Positions 10,989-21,593 of a DNA stretch of 64,000 nucleotides are shown here, one piece after another (within the stretch, counting starts at the first letter, position 1; each line of letters begins with the position of its first letter). The position numbers and the translations under genes are program-made. The DNA is from Candidatus Bathyarchaeota archaeon (GTDB lineage Archaea; Thermoproteota; Bathyarchaeia; Bathyarchaeales; Bathycorpusculaceae), in contig CAWAKC010000001.1 of NCBI GenBank assembly GCA_963782525.1, positions 416,001-480,000 of the forward strand. The letters are read 5' to 3'. Under the pieces are notes generated by a model. The model did no database searches and was not told the DNA's origin. It saw nothing but the letters and a program-made list of their open reading frames with translations.

Positions 10989-13792
10989 TCTGGCTTATCT
11001 ACTCCACCCACATGGATATCTGCGTTGGGTACGGAGCCTCCGTATAGGGCATCGATGACTTTTTGGTACCGTTGAGTCACCACGTTGTGTTTTAGTTTAA
11101 GGTTTGGGGTTAAGTCTCCGTTCTCTATGCTCAAAGTGTTCGCGAGTAAGGCCCATTTCTTTATTTTTTCTGGGTTTGAGAGGCGCTTGTTCATTTCTTC
11201 GATTGCTTGGTCGATTACCGCTTTGGTTTTTTGATTCCAATGGTCTTTTTGCACCCAGATTAGTGCGACGCAGTAGGGCTTGGACTCGCCAACCAGCATT
11301 GCTTCCCCAACGCCGTTGATTTCACGAATCATGCATTCTATTTTTCCCGAATAGATACACTTGCCGTAAGAAGTTTTGATTAATTCTTTCTTTCTGCCAA
11401 GAATAACTAAGCTTCCTTCCGGGGTCAGGTTTCCTATATCGCCCGTCATTAACCAGCCGTCTTTAAACGGTGGGTCAAGGGACTTGTCGAAATATCCTAC
11501 TGTGACTTGGGGTCCTTTCACCTTTATTTCACCATCTTCACAAACCTGCACCAGAGTCTGAGGCATAGGTTCGCCAACAGTGCCCAACCTGTTTCTGTCC
11601 ACCTTATTAATCGTTATAAGCGGAGCCTCAGTCATTCCATAGGCGTTGTAGATTTCTATGCCTAATTCTCGGAAATTCTCAAGCAAGTTCTCATCAGAGT
11701 TTGCTGAACCCGCGATAAGCTGCTCACACTTATCTAAACCAGCCCTCTTGAGGGTGGCGTTCTTAACAACTCGCCCGATTAGGCGTTTGAAGGCCCCTTT
11801 CTTGCGGCTAATGTAGAATCGCCCAAAACTATTGCTTTCCAGACCTTCCCAGACTTTCTCATAAATACGCGGAACTGCAAAAAAGATAGTTGGTCGCACT
11901 TGGGAAATTGCATGCTGAAGCTTTCTGAAGTCTTCTAGGAAATAAATGGATATGGGCGCAGGATAGTAGTAGGGTGAATAAGTGGCTAAAATGCCTTCCA
12001 CCACATGTCCCATGGGAAGGAACGATAGGTAGCTGGCCGGTCGGGTTCTGGATTTCCAAGATGTAATGGAAACTATCGATTCTGCCATGAAGCGGAGGTT
12101 GTCGTGCCTAAAGATTGCGCCTTTGGGTTTGCCAGTTGTGCCTGACGAATACCGCAATGTGGCTATGTCACCGAAACCTACAGGTGCCATCTTGGGCGTT
12201 GCGTTAGATGTTGCTTTGGCGAGGAAATCCGTCCAAGCAATAACTTTGCTATTTTGTGAAGGGGCGCCTCTGCAAAAAGACACAATTGGGACATCAGCCG
12301 TAAGCTCACCAATCCTTGCCAGTAAGCTGGGCATGCCGACGAAGAATAGTTTGCTTTCGCTCGCCTTTAAAACCTGGTCAACGTCTGCTGGAGGCGTCGT
12401 GTAGTAAAGGGGAACACTGATTGCACCAACAAGACCGATGGCTACATCCACGGCAAGGTAATCTGAACAGTTAAGACCCGTTAATGCCACGCGGTCCCCA
12501 GCAGAAATACCCATGGAGCGAAGAGCATCCGTAACGGACAAAATTTCTTCGCGCATCTGCTTAGAGGTTTTTTTAACAACCTTGTCTTCGATTATATCAT
12601 AGTAGGTTACAGGTAGACTTTTGCTCTCCAGCCGGAACAATACTTGCTCGTGAACTGTACGTTCTGAACGGTGCAAGAACCCGTGATAGGTGGCGTATTC
12701 GAGAAGATGGGGCAAAATCTTCTGCCAATTCATGTTGTATGGCCCAAGCAACTCGTCAAGGTTGCTTCGATGAAACTGGCGATTCTCGCTAAAATATGGT
12801 GACAGCGAAATGAGTGCATCCACGGCTTTACGGCCACCTGGCTTAACTGCTCTCTGCAAACGTAGAAAACCCTTCATCATCGACGCAGACTTGCCCACCG
12901 AGAAAAACCTCGGTAGTTTAATCCCCAGATTCGTTCCCGCCCACTTATTGACGGCGCCAAGGAGTTCACCAAGTTTGGGTAAGGATTCATATGGTGCGAC
13001 AAGGTGGAAGTTTAGTCCTTTTGCTTTTGGGTTGAAAGTAAGCTTGACTACTGAGGACGCGACGTAGTCGACAGGGACAATGTTGATTCTTAAGGAGCGA
13101 CTTACGGGCAATATTCGAAGCTTACCCGTCAAATACAGTCGCAGGGGAAAGTAGAAGGTGTTGAAGGTTTTGATGGCGCCTGTTTGGGAATCACCGACAA
13201 CCATGGCGGGGCGGAAAACTGAGGTTGGCATTTCTTTTTTTGCTTCTTGAACAAGCTTTTCTCCTTCGTACTTGCTCTGCTCATAAGCAGTAAAAAACCC
13301 GTACTCATCCGTTAGAGCGGCTTCGGGTACTACTACTCCCGTTCTTCCGCCTGCAACGTAGGCAGTGGAAATGTGGGAAAACCGCTCAAGCCCATGGTCG
13401 GCATTTGCTTTTTTCGCAAGGTCCAACACGTTCGCGGTTCCTTGAACGTTTGTTTTTCGGAGTTCTTCAAGCGATAAAAAACGCCAATCAGCAGCGGTAT
13501 GAATGATGTGGGTTACTTTTTTAGCGAGGTTAATGTAAGCTTCTTGGGTTAATCCTAAGTTTGGTTGGACAACGTCGCCGAGGATAGCTTCGACTCTGCC
13601 ATTTAATGCCTCTATTAGTTCTGGCCAATCCCACCATTCCCTCGCCAACTTACGCATCGCAGATTCGTTATCGGCTGCTCGAACCAATGCAAGAACAGCC
13701 ACTTGGTCATCTTTCAAAAGTTCGCGGGTAATTTGTGTGCCGATAAAACCAGTTGCGCCAGTTACCAGAACCGTCTTCTTCACGGCAACCAC
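10985..13792 (-). CDS. Fusion of an N-terminal extended-SDR (fatty-acyl/thioester reductase) and a C-terminal long-chain acyl-CoA synthetase (AMP-binding) domain
   Basis: TGATGFIG, HISTAYV, YEQSK, FRPAMVVG, then YSSGTTGKPKG, AYGMTE, TGDIG, GRKKELI, LTPNLKLK. Confidence 0.9.
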   Translation of the reverse strand: MVAVKKTVLVTGATGFIGTQITRELLKDDQVAVLALVRAADNESAMRKLAREWWDWPELIEALNGRVEAILGDVVQPNLGLTQEAYINLAKKVTHIIHTAADWRFLSLEELRKTNVQGTANVLDLAKKANADHGLERFSHISTAYVAGGRTGVVVPEAALTDEYGFFTAYEQSKYEGEKLVQEAKKEMPTSVFRPAMVVGDSQTGAIKTFNTFYFPLRLYLTGKLRILPVSRSLRINIVPVDYVASSVVKLTFNPKAKGLNFHLVAPYESLPKLGELLGAVNKWAGTNLGIKLPRFFSVGKSASMMKGFLRLQRAVKPGGRKAVDALISLSPYFSENRQFHRSNLDELLGPYNMNWQKILPHLLEYATYHGFLHRSERTVHEQVLFRLESKSLPVTYYDIIEDKVVKKTSKQMREEILSVTDALRSMGISAGDRVALTGLNCSDYLAVDVAIGLVGAISVPLYYTTPPADVDQVLKASESKLFFVGMPSLLARIGELTADVPIVSFCRGAPSQNSKVIAWTDFLAKATSNATPKMAPVGFGDIATLRYSSGTTGKPKGAIFRHDNLRFMAESIVSITSWKSRTRPASYLSFLPMGHVVEGILATYSPYYYPAPISIYFLEDFRKLQHAISQVRPTIFFAVPRIYEKVWEGLESNSFGRFYISRKKGAFKRLIGRVVKNATLKRAGLDKCEQLIAGSANSDENLLENFRELGIEIYNAYGMTEAPLITINKVDRNRLGTVGEPMPQTLVQVCEDGEIKVKGPQVTVGYFDKSLDPPFKDGWLMTGDIGNLTPEGSLVILGRKKELIKTSYGKCIYSGKIECMIREINGVGEAMLVGESKPYCVALIWVQKDHWNQKTKAVIDQAIEEMNKRLSNPEKIKKWALLANTLSIENGDLTPNLKLKHNVVTQRYQKVIDALYGGSVPNADIHVGGVDKPE

Positions 13793-15015
13793 TCCGGATA
13801 ATTTTTTTCCAGAAAACTTTTGAAGAGCAAAATGTTTCTTTTTTCTCGCTCTTTATACTGGTCGTAACCAACGCGGAGCTTTGCTTTTATGACATCGTAC
13901 TTTGAGAAGAGTGTTGCGACGTTGTCGCTTAAGAGTTTGTATCTGTCAGGGTCTTCGTGGTCTACGAAGAGGTCTTCGATGCCTAAATCGCAGTACAAAT
14001 CTTTTATTCTGAGGTCATGTCCGATTGCGGTCTGGGGAACTTGGTGTGCTAAAGAGAGGACTCCAGCATGGTATCTTGATGTTATTAAGAGGTCGAGACT
14101 TCCGAGGATGCTTGTCATCTGCGAAGCATTGTAGTCTATGGATGTGAAGATTCTTGTTTTTTCGGGGTGCTTCATTAAGCCTTGGATTTTTTTTCCGAAT
14201 GTAGCATCAAGCCTTTCCATGCTCAATAACGCTACTGATGTGCCGTAATCCTCGATCATCTCGTCAGCTTGAACCGCCAACACGTCGGCGAGCAACTCAC
14301 TTTTTTCCTGGCTCTCTTTTGTATGGGTATAATAGTAGGGCCAGCGGTAGAGGAATTTCTTTGACGCGTATGGTCGAATTACCACGGGCCACTTGTAGAT
14401 GTCTTCAGCTGCAACGCCGACGACATAGGAGGCTTCTGGCCAAATCCGTTTGAGCAACCCTTCGTCTGCTGGGTTAGGATTAAATGAAAAAGCATTGTCA
14501 GCTGTAACTTCGATTGGAGCTTTGACACCCCACTTTTTGAGGCGATCCGATGCCTTCTGGGTTCGAGATAAAATAAGGTTTGTTTTGCTGGATTCTCGTC
14601 TGATTAGCCACCTGTTTAATCGTGATGCGTTCCCAGCGTCCACTGAATAGGCAACGCAGGGTTTACCCATGGAATGAGCATAACGGGTTGCAAGTAGATA
14701 GAACCATAGGAGAGCTGAACCCCAAGTATCCATATAACAGCTGCCTTCAACCAGCAGGATTAAGTCGTTTTGTTTGACTAAGTTGCGGATATCCCAAAAG
14801 AAAAGGGAGGGTCTGACTGATTTGATTTTTACCGTTGGGCTTTCGGGGATATATCTTCGGAGGTTTTCTTCGTTCAGCGAGGGTATAGTAATTATTGCCT
14901 CTTGACCTAAAACTGCACGGACCTCTTTGACTATGGCGAGGAGTTTTGCTTCCGCTCCTGTATTGTTTGCGCCATTGTAGCCCACGAGCAAAATCCTTGG
15001 CTTCAACTTGAACAC
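13780..15015 (-). CDS. Polysaccharide pyruvyl transferase family protein
   Basis: GYNGANNTGAEA N-terminal motif, TADNAF, TSRYHA. Confidence 0.85.
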   Translation of the reverse strand: MFKLKPRILLVGYNGANNTGAEAKLLAIVKEVRAVLGQEAIITIPSLNEENLRRYIPESPTVKIKSVRPSLFFWDIRNLVKQNDLILLVEGSCYMDTWGSALLWFYLLATRYAHSMGKPCVAYSVDAGNASRLNRWLIRRESSKTNLILSRTQKASDRLKKWGVKAPIEVTADNAFSFNPNPADEGLLKRIWPEASYVVGVAAEDIYKWPVVIRPYASKKFLYRWPYYYTHTKESQEKSELLADVLAVQADEMIEDYGTSVALLSMERLDATFGKKIQGLMKHPEKTRIFTSIDYNASQMTSILGSLDLLITSRYHAGVLSLAHQVPQTAIGHDLRIKDLYCDLGIEDLFVDHEDPDRYKLLSDNVATLFSKYDVIKAKLRVGYDQYKEREKRNILLFKSFLEKNYPEWLP

Positions 15016-15017
15016 CC

Positions 15018-15578
15018 TTATTCCTTAGCTTTTTGAGCCAGTTCTCTAGCCCAACTTCAAATTTCGTCCCAGTTGCGAAGGTCGTAAACGCCAGGTTCCG
15101 TCTCTTTAAACCCGTGCTTTTGAATGGGAGACTTATAGCCTTCTTCCATCGCTTTACGTGTCAGGAAGCTCATTTTGTTATAGTCTATGACTCCGCCGAA
15201 GTATCCTGTCAAAATGGGTTTAAGATTGTACTTTAAGATTTTGTCTTCTAAGCCAATTTTTCGTGTTCTATCCACTCGAGCATTTTTTCCTTCTTTTTCC
15301 TCGACAGGTATCAATGAGGAGATGAACAGCGCAAGCTTTTTTTCTTCGAGGTCTCGGCGGAATCTTTTTAGGAAATCCTCGGCTTCGCCAACCCAATTGC
15401 CCAAAGCCATACCACTACCAACGATAACCAAGTCGTAATCTGAGAGATCACTGACCTTTTCATCCTTAACGTTCACGATTTTTACATCGAAACTTTCTCC
15501 TTGAAGTGTTCTAGCGATTTCTTCAGCGGTCCCCTTGGTTGCACCATAACGTGTAGCATAAACAACTAAGGCTTTCAT
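15018..15578 (-). CDS. Flavodoxin-domain (HemG-like) protein with premature TGA at 15057-15059
   Basis: YATRYGAT FMN loop. After RNWDEI* the frame continues SWARELAQKAKE*, matching paralogue 25930..26496 (RGWAKELAVKAQH). Confidence 0.8.
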
Positions 15579-15847
15579 ACTTGATCCTCCGAAGCATTGC
15601 TTACTGAAATAGATTTTTCTTCTCCCTTTGGCAGCGTCGCTGCAATCTCGTTTTTCCTCAAATTTAGCCTTAAAACGCCGCAGTCACCCTTAACTTCAAG
15701 AATCTCCGGTTCAACAAAGCAAGCGCTCTGTAGTTTTCCAATTGTTCCCTCTATTAAGACACCGCCATTCGCAGATAGCCTTGTGAGATGCTTATTGGAA
15801 ATGAGTTCAACAGAGAAGTCTCGTCCACCTTCATTTAATTCAGTCAT
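15575..15847 (-). CDS. Hypothetical protein, first gene of the operon
   Basis: 90 aa with GGTGA SD; stop overlaps the next start (ATGA). Confidence 0.7.
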   Translation of the reverse strand: MTELNEGGRDFSVELISNKHLTRLSANGGVLIEGTIGKLQSACFVEPEILEVKGDCGVLRLNLRKNEIAATLPKGEEKSISVSNASEDQV

Positions 15848-15945
15848 TTTTTCTCACCAAAATAATAATGCTGCAAAAATAGAGATAAAATTTATTTGCT
15901 TACAACACGAAATAATTAGCAAGGGTCCAAAATAATTCGTATCGA

Positions 15946-16734
15946 TTGGTATGTGGGAAGATAGCAAACTTGGAAGATAGTGAAGAAATTTCTAAAGTAC
16001 TCTTTGAGTTATCTAGCAACAGAAGAGCAAACATACTGTTCGAAATAGGAAAAGAAAATCTCAAAATGCAGCAGATCGCGAAATCTCTGGATACGACTGT
16101 TACCGAAACTTTCAGGCACCTGCAACGACTAACTGAAGCAAAACTTGTGGAGAAAAAAGTTGACGGTACCTATGCAATAACCTCGCTGGGCAAGCTGGCT
16201 ACTGGTTTTCTGTCTGGTTTCAATTTTGTTTTAAAGAATGGCGATTACTTCTTAGATCATGATGTTTTCTGTCTTCCTTACGAGTTCGTTAACAGGCTTG
16301 GGGAGTTGTCCGATGCGGAATTTTGCATGGAAGCTATGTCAGGTTTTAATCGAGTTAGAAAAATGGTGCTTGACGCTGAAAAATACATTTGGAGTATGGC
16401 TGAGCAGGTAGATTCAAGTCATATTCAGCCAACAACAGAGAAAAAGTCCAAAGGACTTGACTTCAAGTTTATCATGCAGAAAGATCTTGCAAAGGCACTT
16501 GCAAACGCCAAAGACTCTGAAGTCCTATTGGGAAGCAAGTATATGGAGAGAATCCCAGTCACTCTTGTGATTACTGAAAATTATGCTACGGTGGTTTTTC
16601 GACGACACAACGGTGTGATGGATTACATGGGGCTGTTTGGATTTGACGAAAAATTCCGAAAATGGTGCCAAGACCTCTTCATGTACTATTGGGAAAGGGC
16701 TGAGCGATGGTATCCAGGCATCCAGATAAAATAA
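15946..16734 (+). CDS. ArsR-type wHTH transcriptional regulator with C-terminal DUF1724-like domain
   Basis: HTH FRHLQRL..LVEK..GTYAIT..G and the C-terminal WCQDLFMYYW. Divergent from the operon. Confidence 0.85.
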   Translation: MVCGKIANLEDSEEISKVLFELSSNRRANILFEIGKENLKMQQIAKSLDTTVTETFRHLQRLTEAKLVEKKVDGTYAITSLGKLATGFLSGFNFVLKNGDYFLDHDVFCLPYEFVNRLGELSDAEFCMEAMSGFNRVRKMVLDAEKYIWSMAEQVDSSHIQPTTEKKSKGLDFKFIMQKDLAKALANAKDSEVLLGSKYMERIPVTLVITENYATVVFRRHNGVMDYMGLFGFDEKFRKWCQDLFMYYWERAERWYPGIQIK

Positions 16735-16934
16735 CCGATTGAATATTAATGTGAAATAGCGAAATTTGGGTTTTAAATTCCTTAAATGGCTTGAGATGTC
16801 ACCCGTAGGAATGCTCTTTTGATCCTGATAATTGGAAACAAATTATTTTTAAAATGGTCATTACTTTTTTTCCGTTTAAAATTAACTTTAAACCGGTAAA
16901 AAATAGCGATAAGAAAAAATATTTATGCAGATAA

Positions 16935-17534
16935 TTGCAATTAACAAAGCAGGCGATTGTTATGAACCCAATTCTTTTAGAAGGACTGAAAGTTGTAGGG
17001 ACCGAAGGTTACATTCTAGGCGAAATAAGTGAAATAGAAATTAACCCAAGAAATTGGCAAGCCGATGCTTTTTGTGTTAATTTGAGCGCTGACGCCACGG
17101 CAGAACTCGGATTCAAAAAACCTTTCTTACGTAAAATCACCGTCTGTTTACCAACCCGTCTTATTGGTTCCATTGGAGATGTAATTACTCTTAAAGAACC
17201 AATAAGGAACCTTGAAGACATCGAAGAGCGGCATGTTTCAGTGAATTATGCTAAACTGAGAGGCATGAAGGTAGTTGGGTTAAAGGGTCGTACTGTTGGG
17301 GAAGTAGAAGGATTTGATTTAGACCTCGACCATTGGCAAGTTACTGGTTTACAGGTTGGTTTAACTGATGACGCTGCAACAGAACTGGGATTTAAGCGAC
17401 CATTTCTTAGCAAGGTAGTAGTTGTTATTCCATCAAAGATAGTAGAAGAAGTTGGTAATTTCGTAAATTTAAGTAAAACCATAGAAAACCTTGAATCACT
17501 CGTAGAGTGCATACACTCCTGCAAAAAACTGTAA
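16935..17534 (+). CDS. Tandem PRC-barrel domain protein
   Basis: Two repeats of L.G.KVVG..G...GE...WQ...ELGFK.PFL. Likely start ATG 16962. Confidence 0.8.
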   Translation: MQLTKQAIVMNPILLEGLKVVGTEGYILGEISEIEINPRNWQADAFCVNLSADATAELGFKKPFLRKITVCLPTRLIGSIGDVITLKEPIRNLEDIEERHVSVNYAKLRGMKVVGLKGRTVGEVEGFDLDLDHWQVTGLQVGLTDDAATELGFKRPFLSKVVVVIPSKIVEEVGNFVNLSKTIENLESLVECIHSCKKL

Positions 17535-17689
17535 CTGAATCCTAACCTGCGAGCACAAAGCCAAACATTTTTCTTTGTTAGAAGATGTTAACCAACCAAC
17601 TGGTTGCCCCACCCTGAGCTTCAACGATAATGCACAATAAGAAATTAAAGCACAACCAGCCTATCTGTCTAATTGCAGGGTGAACACCG

Positions 17690-18530
17690 CTCGCAGTTTA
17701 TGTAACTAAAGCAGATGGCTCCAAACAACTATTCGATAAAGAAAAAATAATACAGACCTGCCGAAGATGGGTCGCCAACCATGAAGTTACCATGCAAGTC
17801 GTCCAAGAAGTAGAAAAAAACATCTACGAAGGAATAACAACACAGGAAATCCTTCAAATGATCTTCCAACCTAATGGTAAAACATAAACCCGCTGTTAAA
17901 CACCTCTTCGACCTTAAATATGGTATAAGCCTTATGCAGCCTAAACCTGAATTCGAAGTTTTTGTGCGAGTGGTCTTGGCTCATAGCGGCTCTCAAGTGA
18001 AGCCAAACATGATACTGAAGGGATTGTGTGGAGAACATGAGGTGGATGCAATAGCCGTCAAAGATGGCTTAACTTATCTTGTGGAAGCAAAACATCACGG
18101 TAACTACCATGCCTTGACCGGACTTGATGAGAGCCGCATAGCTCGAGCAATCATAGAGGATGTCACAGAAGGCTACAGAAGTGGTGCAACCGAAATCAAA
18201 ATTGACCGAGCAATCATAGTCACCAATACCAAATATTCAGAACACGCCGTAAACTATGGTCGATGCCGAGACATTTTGCAAGTTGGATGGGCTTCTCCTG
18301 AAGGTTTCAGGTTAAGAGACATAGTTGAGAGACACAAGTTGATCCCGTTAAGTTGCCTTCGAGGCATAAGCACAGAAACAAGGACACGATTGGTAGAGGC
18401 AGGAATAGTGCTCATAAAACAGCTTCTTGAACAGGATGGTCTATACATTTAAAGAAAAATTGGTTTATCCCATCAAACCGTTTTATCCATAGTGGAAAAA
18501 GCTAGACACACAACAGAAACACTTTGGTAA
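17690..18530 (+). pseudogene. ATP-cone + Mrr-like restriction endonuclease domain protein, disrupted
   Basis: Upstream frame reads AVYVTKADGSKQLFDKEKI (ATP cone). Frameshift near 17870 into ORF 17874 (EVD..VEAKHH). In-frame TAA at 18450; no canonical start after the GGTGA SD. Confidence 0.8.
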
Positions 18531-18653
18531 TATGTTTAGGATGTTTTTTACCCTAACTAACAGGATGTTGGAGTGGACTGGGGGATTGAACCCCTATCGT
18601 CTCGTGATTTCACTCGCCCAACTCCTCTTTTTTTGGGGTAAAGGTGAAAACGC

Positions 18654-18752
18654 ATGGAACAAAAAACAATAAATTGCCCGCAATGCGGCAAAATCATCCC
18701 CGAATGGATTCTTAAGGGAAACACAATAAGAAAAATTGTGACCTACCCCTAA
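18654..18752 (+). pseudogene. Small zinc-ribbon ORF, probably frameshifted
   Basis: AGGTGA SD, MEQKTINCPQCGKII. A second knuckle remnant (PNCS) appears in a shifted frame at ~18748. Confidence 0.45.
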
Positions 18753-18838
18753 TTGCAGCATTAAAAAAAAACCGCAAATACTTCATAATGAAGACGCGCC
18801 CCAAAGTCTCTGCGCTATACGCAAATGCAATTTTGTAG

Positions 18839-19168
18839 CTAAGCCCAACGAGCCGGCCATTGTGAACTTTGAAAGAGCTCTGTTCGAAACACCATGAAAT
18901 TTTCAATTTGCGGAGGGCAATCAAGCAAATCTTGGACTTTTTTAATAGCTAGAGAAAATACTTCTTTTTCTGACCTATTTAAAGCATCTAAATCTGCCCA
19001 CAGAGTTAGGATTGTTGCTGAGTTCAAGTCTTGAGAGAGCAGCGAAATGGAGCCCCGGAAACCCTCTGTTTGATGGACTAAAGTGTTTAGCAAATGGTCA
19101 AGCTCTAAAAAAGCTTCTTTACGCTTATCTTTTTTAAAATTCCACCTACTCACTCTGGCTAAAACCAT
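18839..19168 (-). CDS. Antibiotic biosynthesis monooxygenase (ABM)-like dimeric alpha-beta barrel protein
   Basis: MVLARVSRW..EGFRG..ILTLW pattern; GGAG SD before ATG 19168. Confidence 0.7.
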   Translation of the reverse strand: MVLARVSRWNFKKDKRKEAFLELDHLLNTLVHQTEGFRGSISLLSQDLNSATILTLWADLDALNRSEKEVFSLAIKKVQDLLDCPPQIENFMVFRTELFQSSQWPARWA

Positions 19169-19411
19169 AAGAAATTCTCCTTGACATAATTTAGGCTGGT
19201 TCCCTCTTAAATAGCTTAATAGAGAAGCGAGTGCATTGAAATCTTTCATTAATTTAGAAACTCAAGAAAGCCAGAATAGCCAACTCAAAACAGAAAGCTT
19301 GTTAGCTAATAGAATCCGGCTCTAATTTGTTTATGACTTTGGCTGTAACAAACTATTTAAAAAAGAGAAAGTAAACAGCCAAAATATTATTAAAATGACC
19401 GGGAAGTATTC

Positions 19412-19488
19412 TGGTGGACTGGGGGGGATTTGAACCCCCGACCTCTTGAGTGCAAGTCAAGCGTTCATACCAGCTGAACTACCAGCCC
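19412..19488 (-). tRNA. tRNA-Ala(UGC)
   Basis: GGGCTGG/CCAGTCC acceptor stem with G3:U70, anticodon arm CTTGA-CTTGCAC-TCAAG, GGTTCAAATCC T-loop, encoded CCA. Confidence 0.97.
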
Positions 19489-19603
19489 GAGCACTTTCCC
19501 GAATCAGATACGTTTCCTTGATATTTAGGTTTTGCCAACTAAAATGAATATGTGCATTTCTTTAAAACATTATATCTCCAAAAACAGTATAAGTTATTGA
19601 GGG

Positions 19604-20092
19604 TTGAAGTTGGATTTAAAAATAGTAAAAATTGAACCGCCAAAAGACTGCAACACCATTCTTGGAATGGCACACTTCATAAAAACCGCTGAAGACCTCT
19701 ACGAGGCGTTAGTAAACTCTGTGCCCAATATCCAATTTGGGTTAGGTTTCTGCGAAAGCTCAGGGCCTTGCCTTGTACGTCATGAAGGAAATGACCCTGA
19801 ACTGCGACAGTTGGCTGCACAAAAAGCGTTTGAAATAGGCTGCGGACACAGCTTTTTGATTTTCATAAAGAATGCTTACCCAATTAACGTTCTTGATAAA
19901 ATAAAGAAGGCACCTGAGGTATGCACTGTTTATGCTGCAACAGCTAACCCGCTGGAAGTCATAGTTGCCGAAACCAGTCAGGGCGGAAGCATCATCGGCG
20001 TAGTCGACGGTTTGAAAAGCAAGGGGATAGAGGCCGAAAAAGACATTGCCGAGCGAAGGCAATTCCTGCGAAAAATCGGCTACAAACTCTAG
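19604..20092 (+). CDS. DUF355 / adenosine-specific kinase family protein
   Basis: [36 protein letters not shown]. Confidence 0.9.
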   Translation: MKLDLKIVKIEPPKDCNTILGMAHFIKTAEDLYEALVNSVPNIQFGLGFCESSGPCLVRHEGNDPELRQLAAQKAFEIGCGHSFLIFIKNAYPINVLDKIKKAPEVCTVYAATANPLEVIVAETSQGGSIIGVVDGLKSKGIEAEKDIAERRQFLRKIGYKL

Positions 20093-20162
20093 TAAACCCT
20101 ACCATAAACTATTTTAGTTCACTTTTGAATTCAAACCTTAACGGACTTAGCGATGTGTTTTT

Positions 20163-21017
20163 ATGGCTTATGAAAGGAACATGGCACAAATTGAAGCTTA
20201 CCGAAAACAGGAAACTGAACAACAGCAGACCCTAAAAGACAAGATGGGCAAGATTAAACATAAAATCGCCGTCATAAGCGGGAAAGGCGGCGTGGGAAAA
20301 AGCACTGTAACTGTGAACCTTGCCGCAGCTTTTGCATTACAGGGTAACCATATTGGAGTTTTAGATGCTGACATTCATGGACCCAGTGTTCCAAGGCTGC
20401 TTGGGTTGGTAGGGCAACAAGTTAAGACTGCGGCCTCAGGTATTTTTCCTGTAGACGGTCCATTGGGTATGAAGGTTATGTCGATTGACTTCTTTTTGCC
20501 CGGGGAGGCACCCACGATTTGGCGTGGACCCCTAAAGATGCGTGCTATCCGCCAGTTCCTCAGCGATGTGGATTGGGGCGAACTTGATTTCCTCTTCATC
20601 GATTTGCCGCCTGGCACAGGAGACGAACCGTTAAGCATCGCTCAACTTCTTCCAGACATCGATGGCGTCGTCATAGTAACCATGCCCTCGGAACTTTCAA
20701 GCGAAATTGTAAAGAAAGCCATTACCTTCGCAGAAAGGCTACACATGCCTATCATCGGCGTGGTCGAGAACATGAGCGGATTTATCTGTCCACATTGCGG
20801 GACAAAAACAGAGATTTTCCAGTCTGGCGGCGGCAAAAAAATGGCGAAAGAAATGAACGTAGCATTTCTCGGGAGCATACCAATCGACCCGACAGTTGGC
20901 GTTGATTCTGATAAGGGCACACCCTTTGTGGTTTCACATAAGGATTCCGCTGCTGCTAAGGCGTTCATGGATATAGTGTTGAAAGTCCAGGAACGGTTAA
21001 ACCAAAAAAAGAGTTAA
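20163..21017 (+). CDS. Mrp/NBP35 (ApbC) Fe-S carrier ATPase
   Basis: SGKGGVGKST, DADIHGPS, DLPPGTGD, ENMS..CPHC. Confidence 0.95.
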   Translation: MAYERNMAQIEAYRKQETEQQQTLKDKMGKIKHKIAVISGKGGVGKSTVTVNLAAAFALQGNHIGVLDADIHGPSVPRLLGLVGQQVKTAASGIFPVDGPLGMKVMSIDFFLPGEAPTIWRGPLKMRAIRQFLSDVDWGELDFLFIDLPPGTGDEPLSIAQLLPDIDGVVIVTMPSELSSEIVKKAITFAERLHMPIIGVVENMSGFICPHCGTKTEIFQSGGGKKMAKEMNVAFLGSIPIDPTVGVDSDKGTPFVVSHKDSAAAKAFMDIVLKVQERLNQKKS

Positions 21018-21418
21018 TCCTCTTTTTTTCTCGATAAGGTTGTTGAAAACTCGGTTGACTTGGGGGTAATTGCCATCTTCCCTTCTTTAGATAGCCTTTC
21101 AAACAAACGGATTTTGTGAAAAAGTCCGTTTGCACCATGGCCCATGAGGAAAATTGATGCAACCAAAGCCAAGTAGCATCCTGCCATAATTGGCAGAAAA
21201 AGTTGCACTCCAAACAGAGTTAAAATTGCTGCAACGACAACTGACCCGCCATAGCTTGATATAAAAAAGATTTCCATAACAGCCACCAGCAGAATTGTTT
21301 TCTTTGGTTTTAAGTACTCAAGGTATACTCCGACCAGAACTGCTTGAAGTACCCAGCCTGAAAGGGGAATGTAAACAAAGATGAAGTCGACTGCAAGAAG
21401 TCCCATGCCGATGCTCAA
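21014..21418 (-). CDS. Hypothetical membrane protein
   Basis: Several hydrophobic segments; start uncertain. Confidence 0.55.
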   Translation of the reverse strand: MSIGMGLLAVDFIFVYIPLSGWVLQAVLVGVYLEYLKPKKTILLVAVMEIFFISSYGGSVVVAAILTLFGVQLFLPIMAGCYLALVASIFLMGHGANGLFHKIRLFERLSKEGKMAITPKSTEFSTTLSRKKED

Positions 21419-21593
21419 GAAGATGTAAAAAAGAGATTTCGGCGAGCCCGTTACATTTCATGATTTAATATTGTCTACTAGAAAGTATAAGGTTTTCACG
21501 AAAAACAAAAAATTGATGAATAATGTAAAAGAAACAAAAGTAAAAAGGGTTGGAGAGATTAAAAAACTCCAGTTTCAAGTTTTGTCCGCAGAA

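Noticed and set aside
16962-17534. Internal DNA repeat in the PRC-barrel gene
   Set aside because: Explained by ordinary tandem domain duplication.
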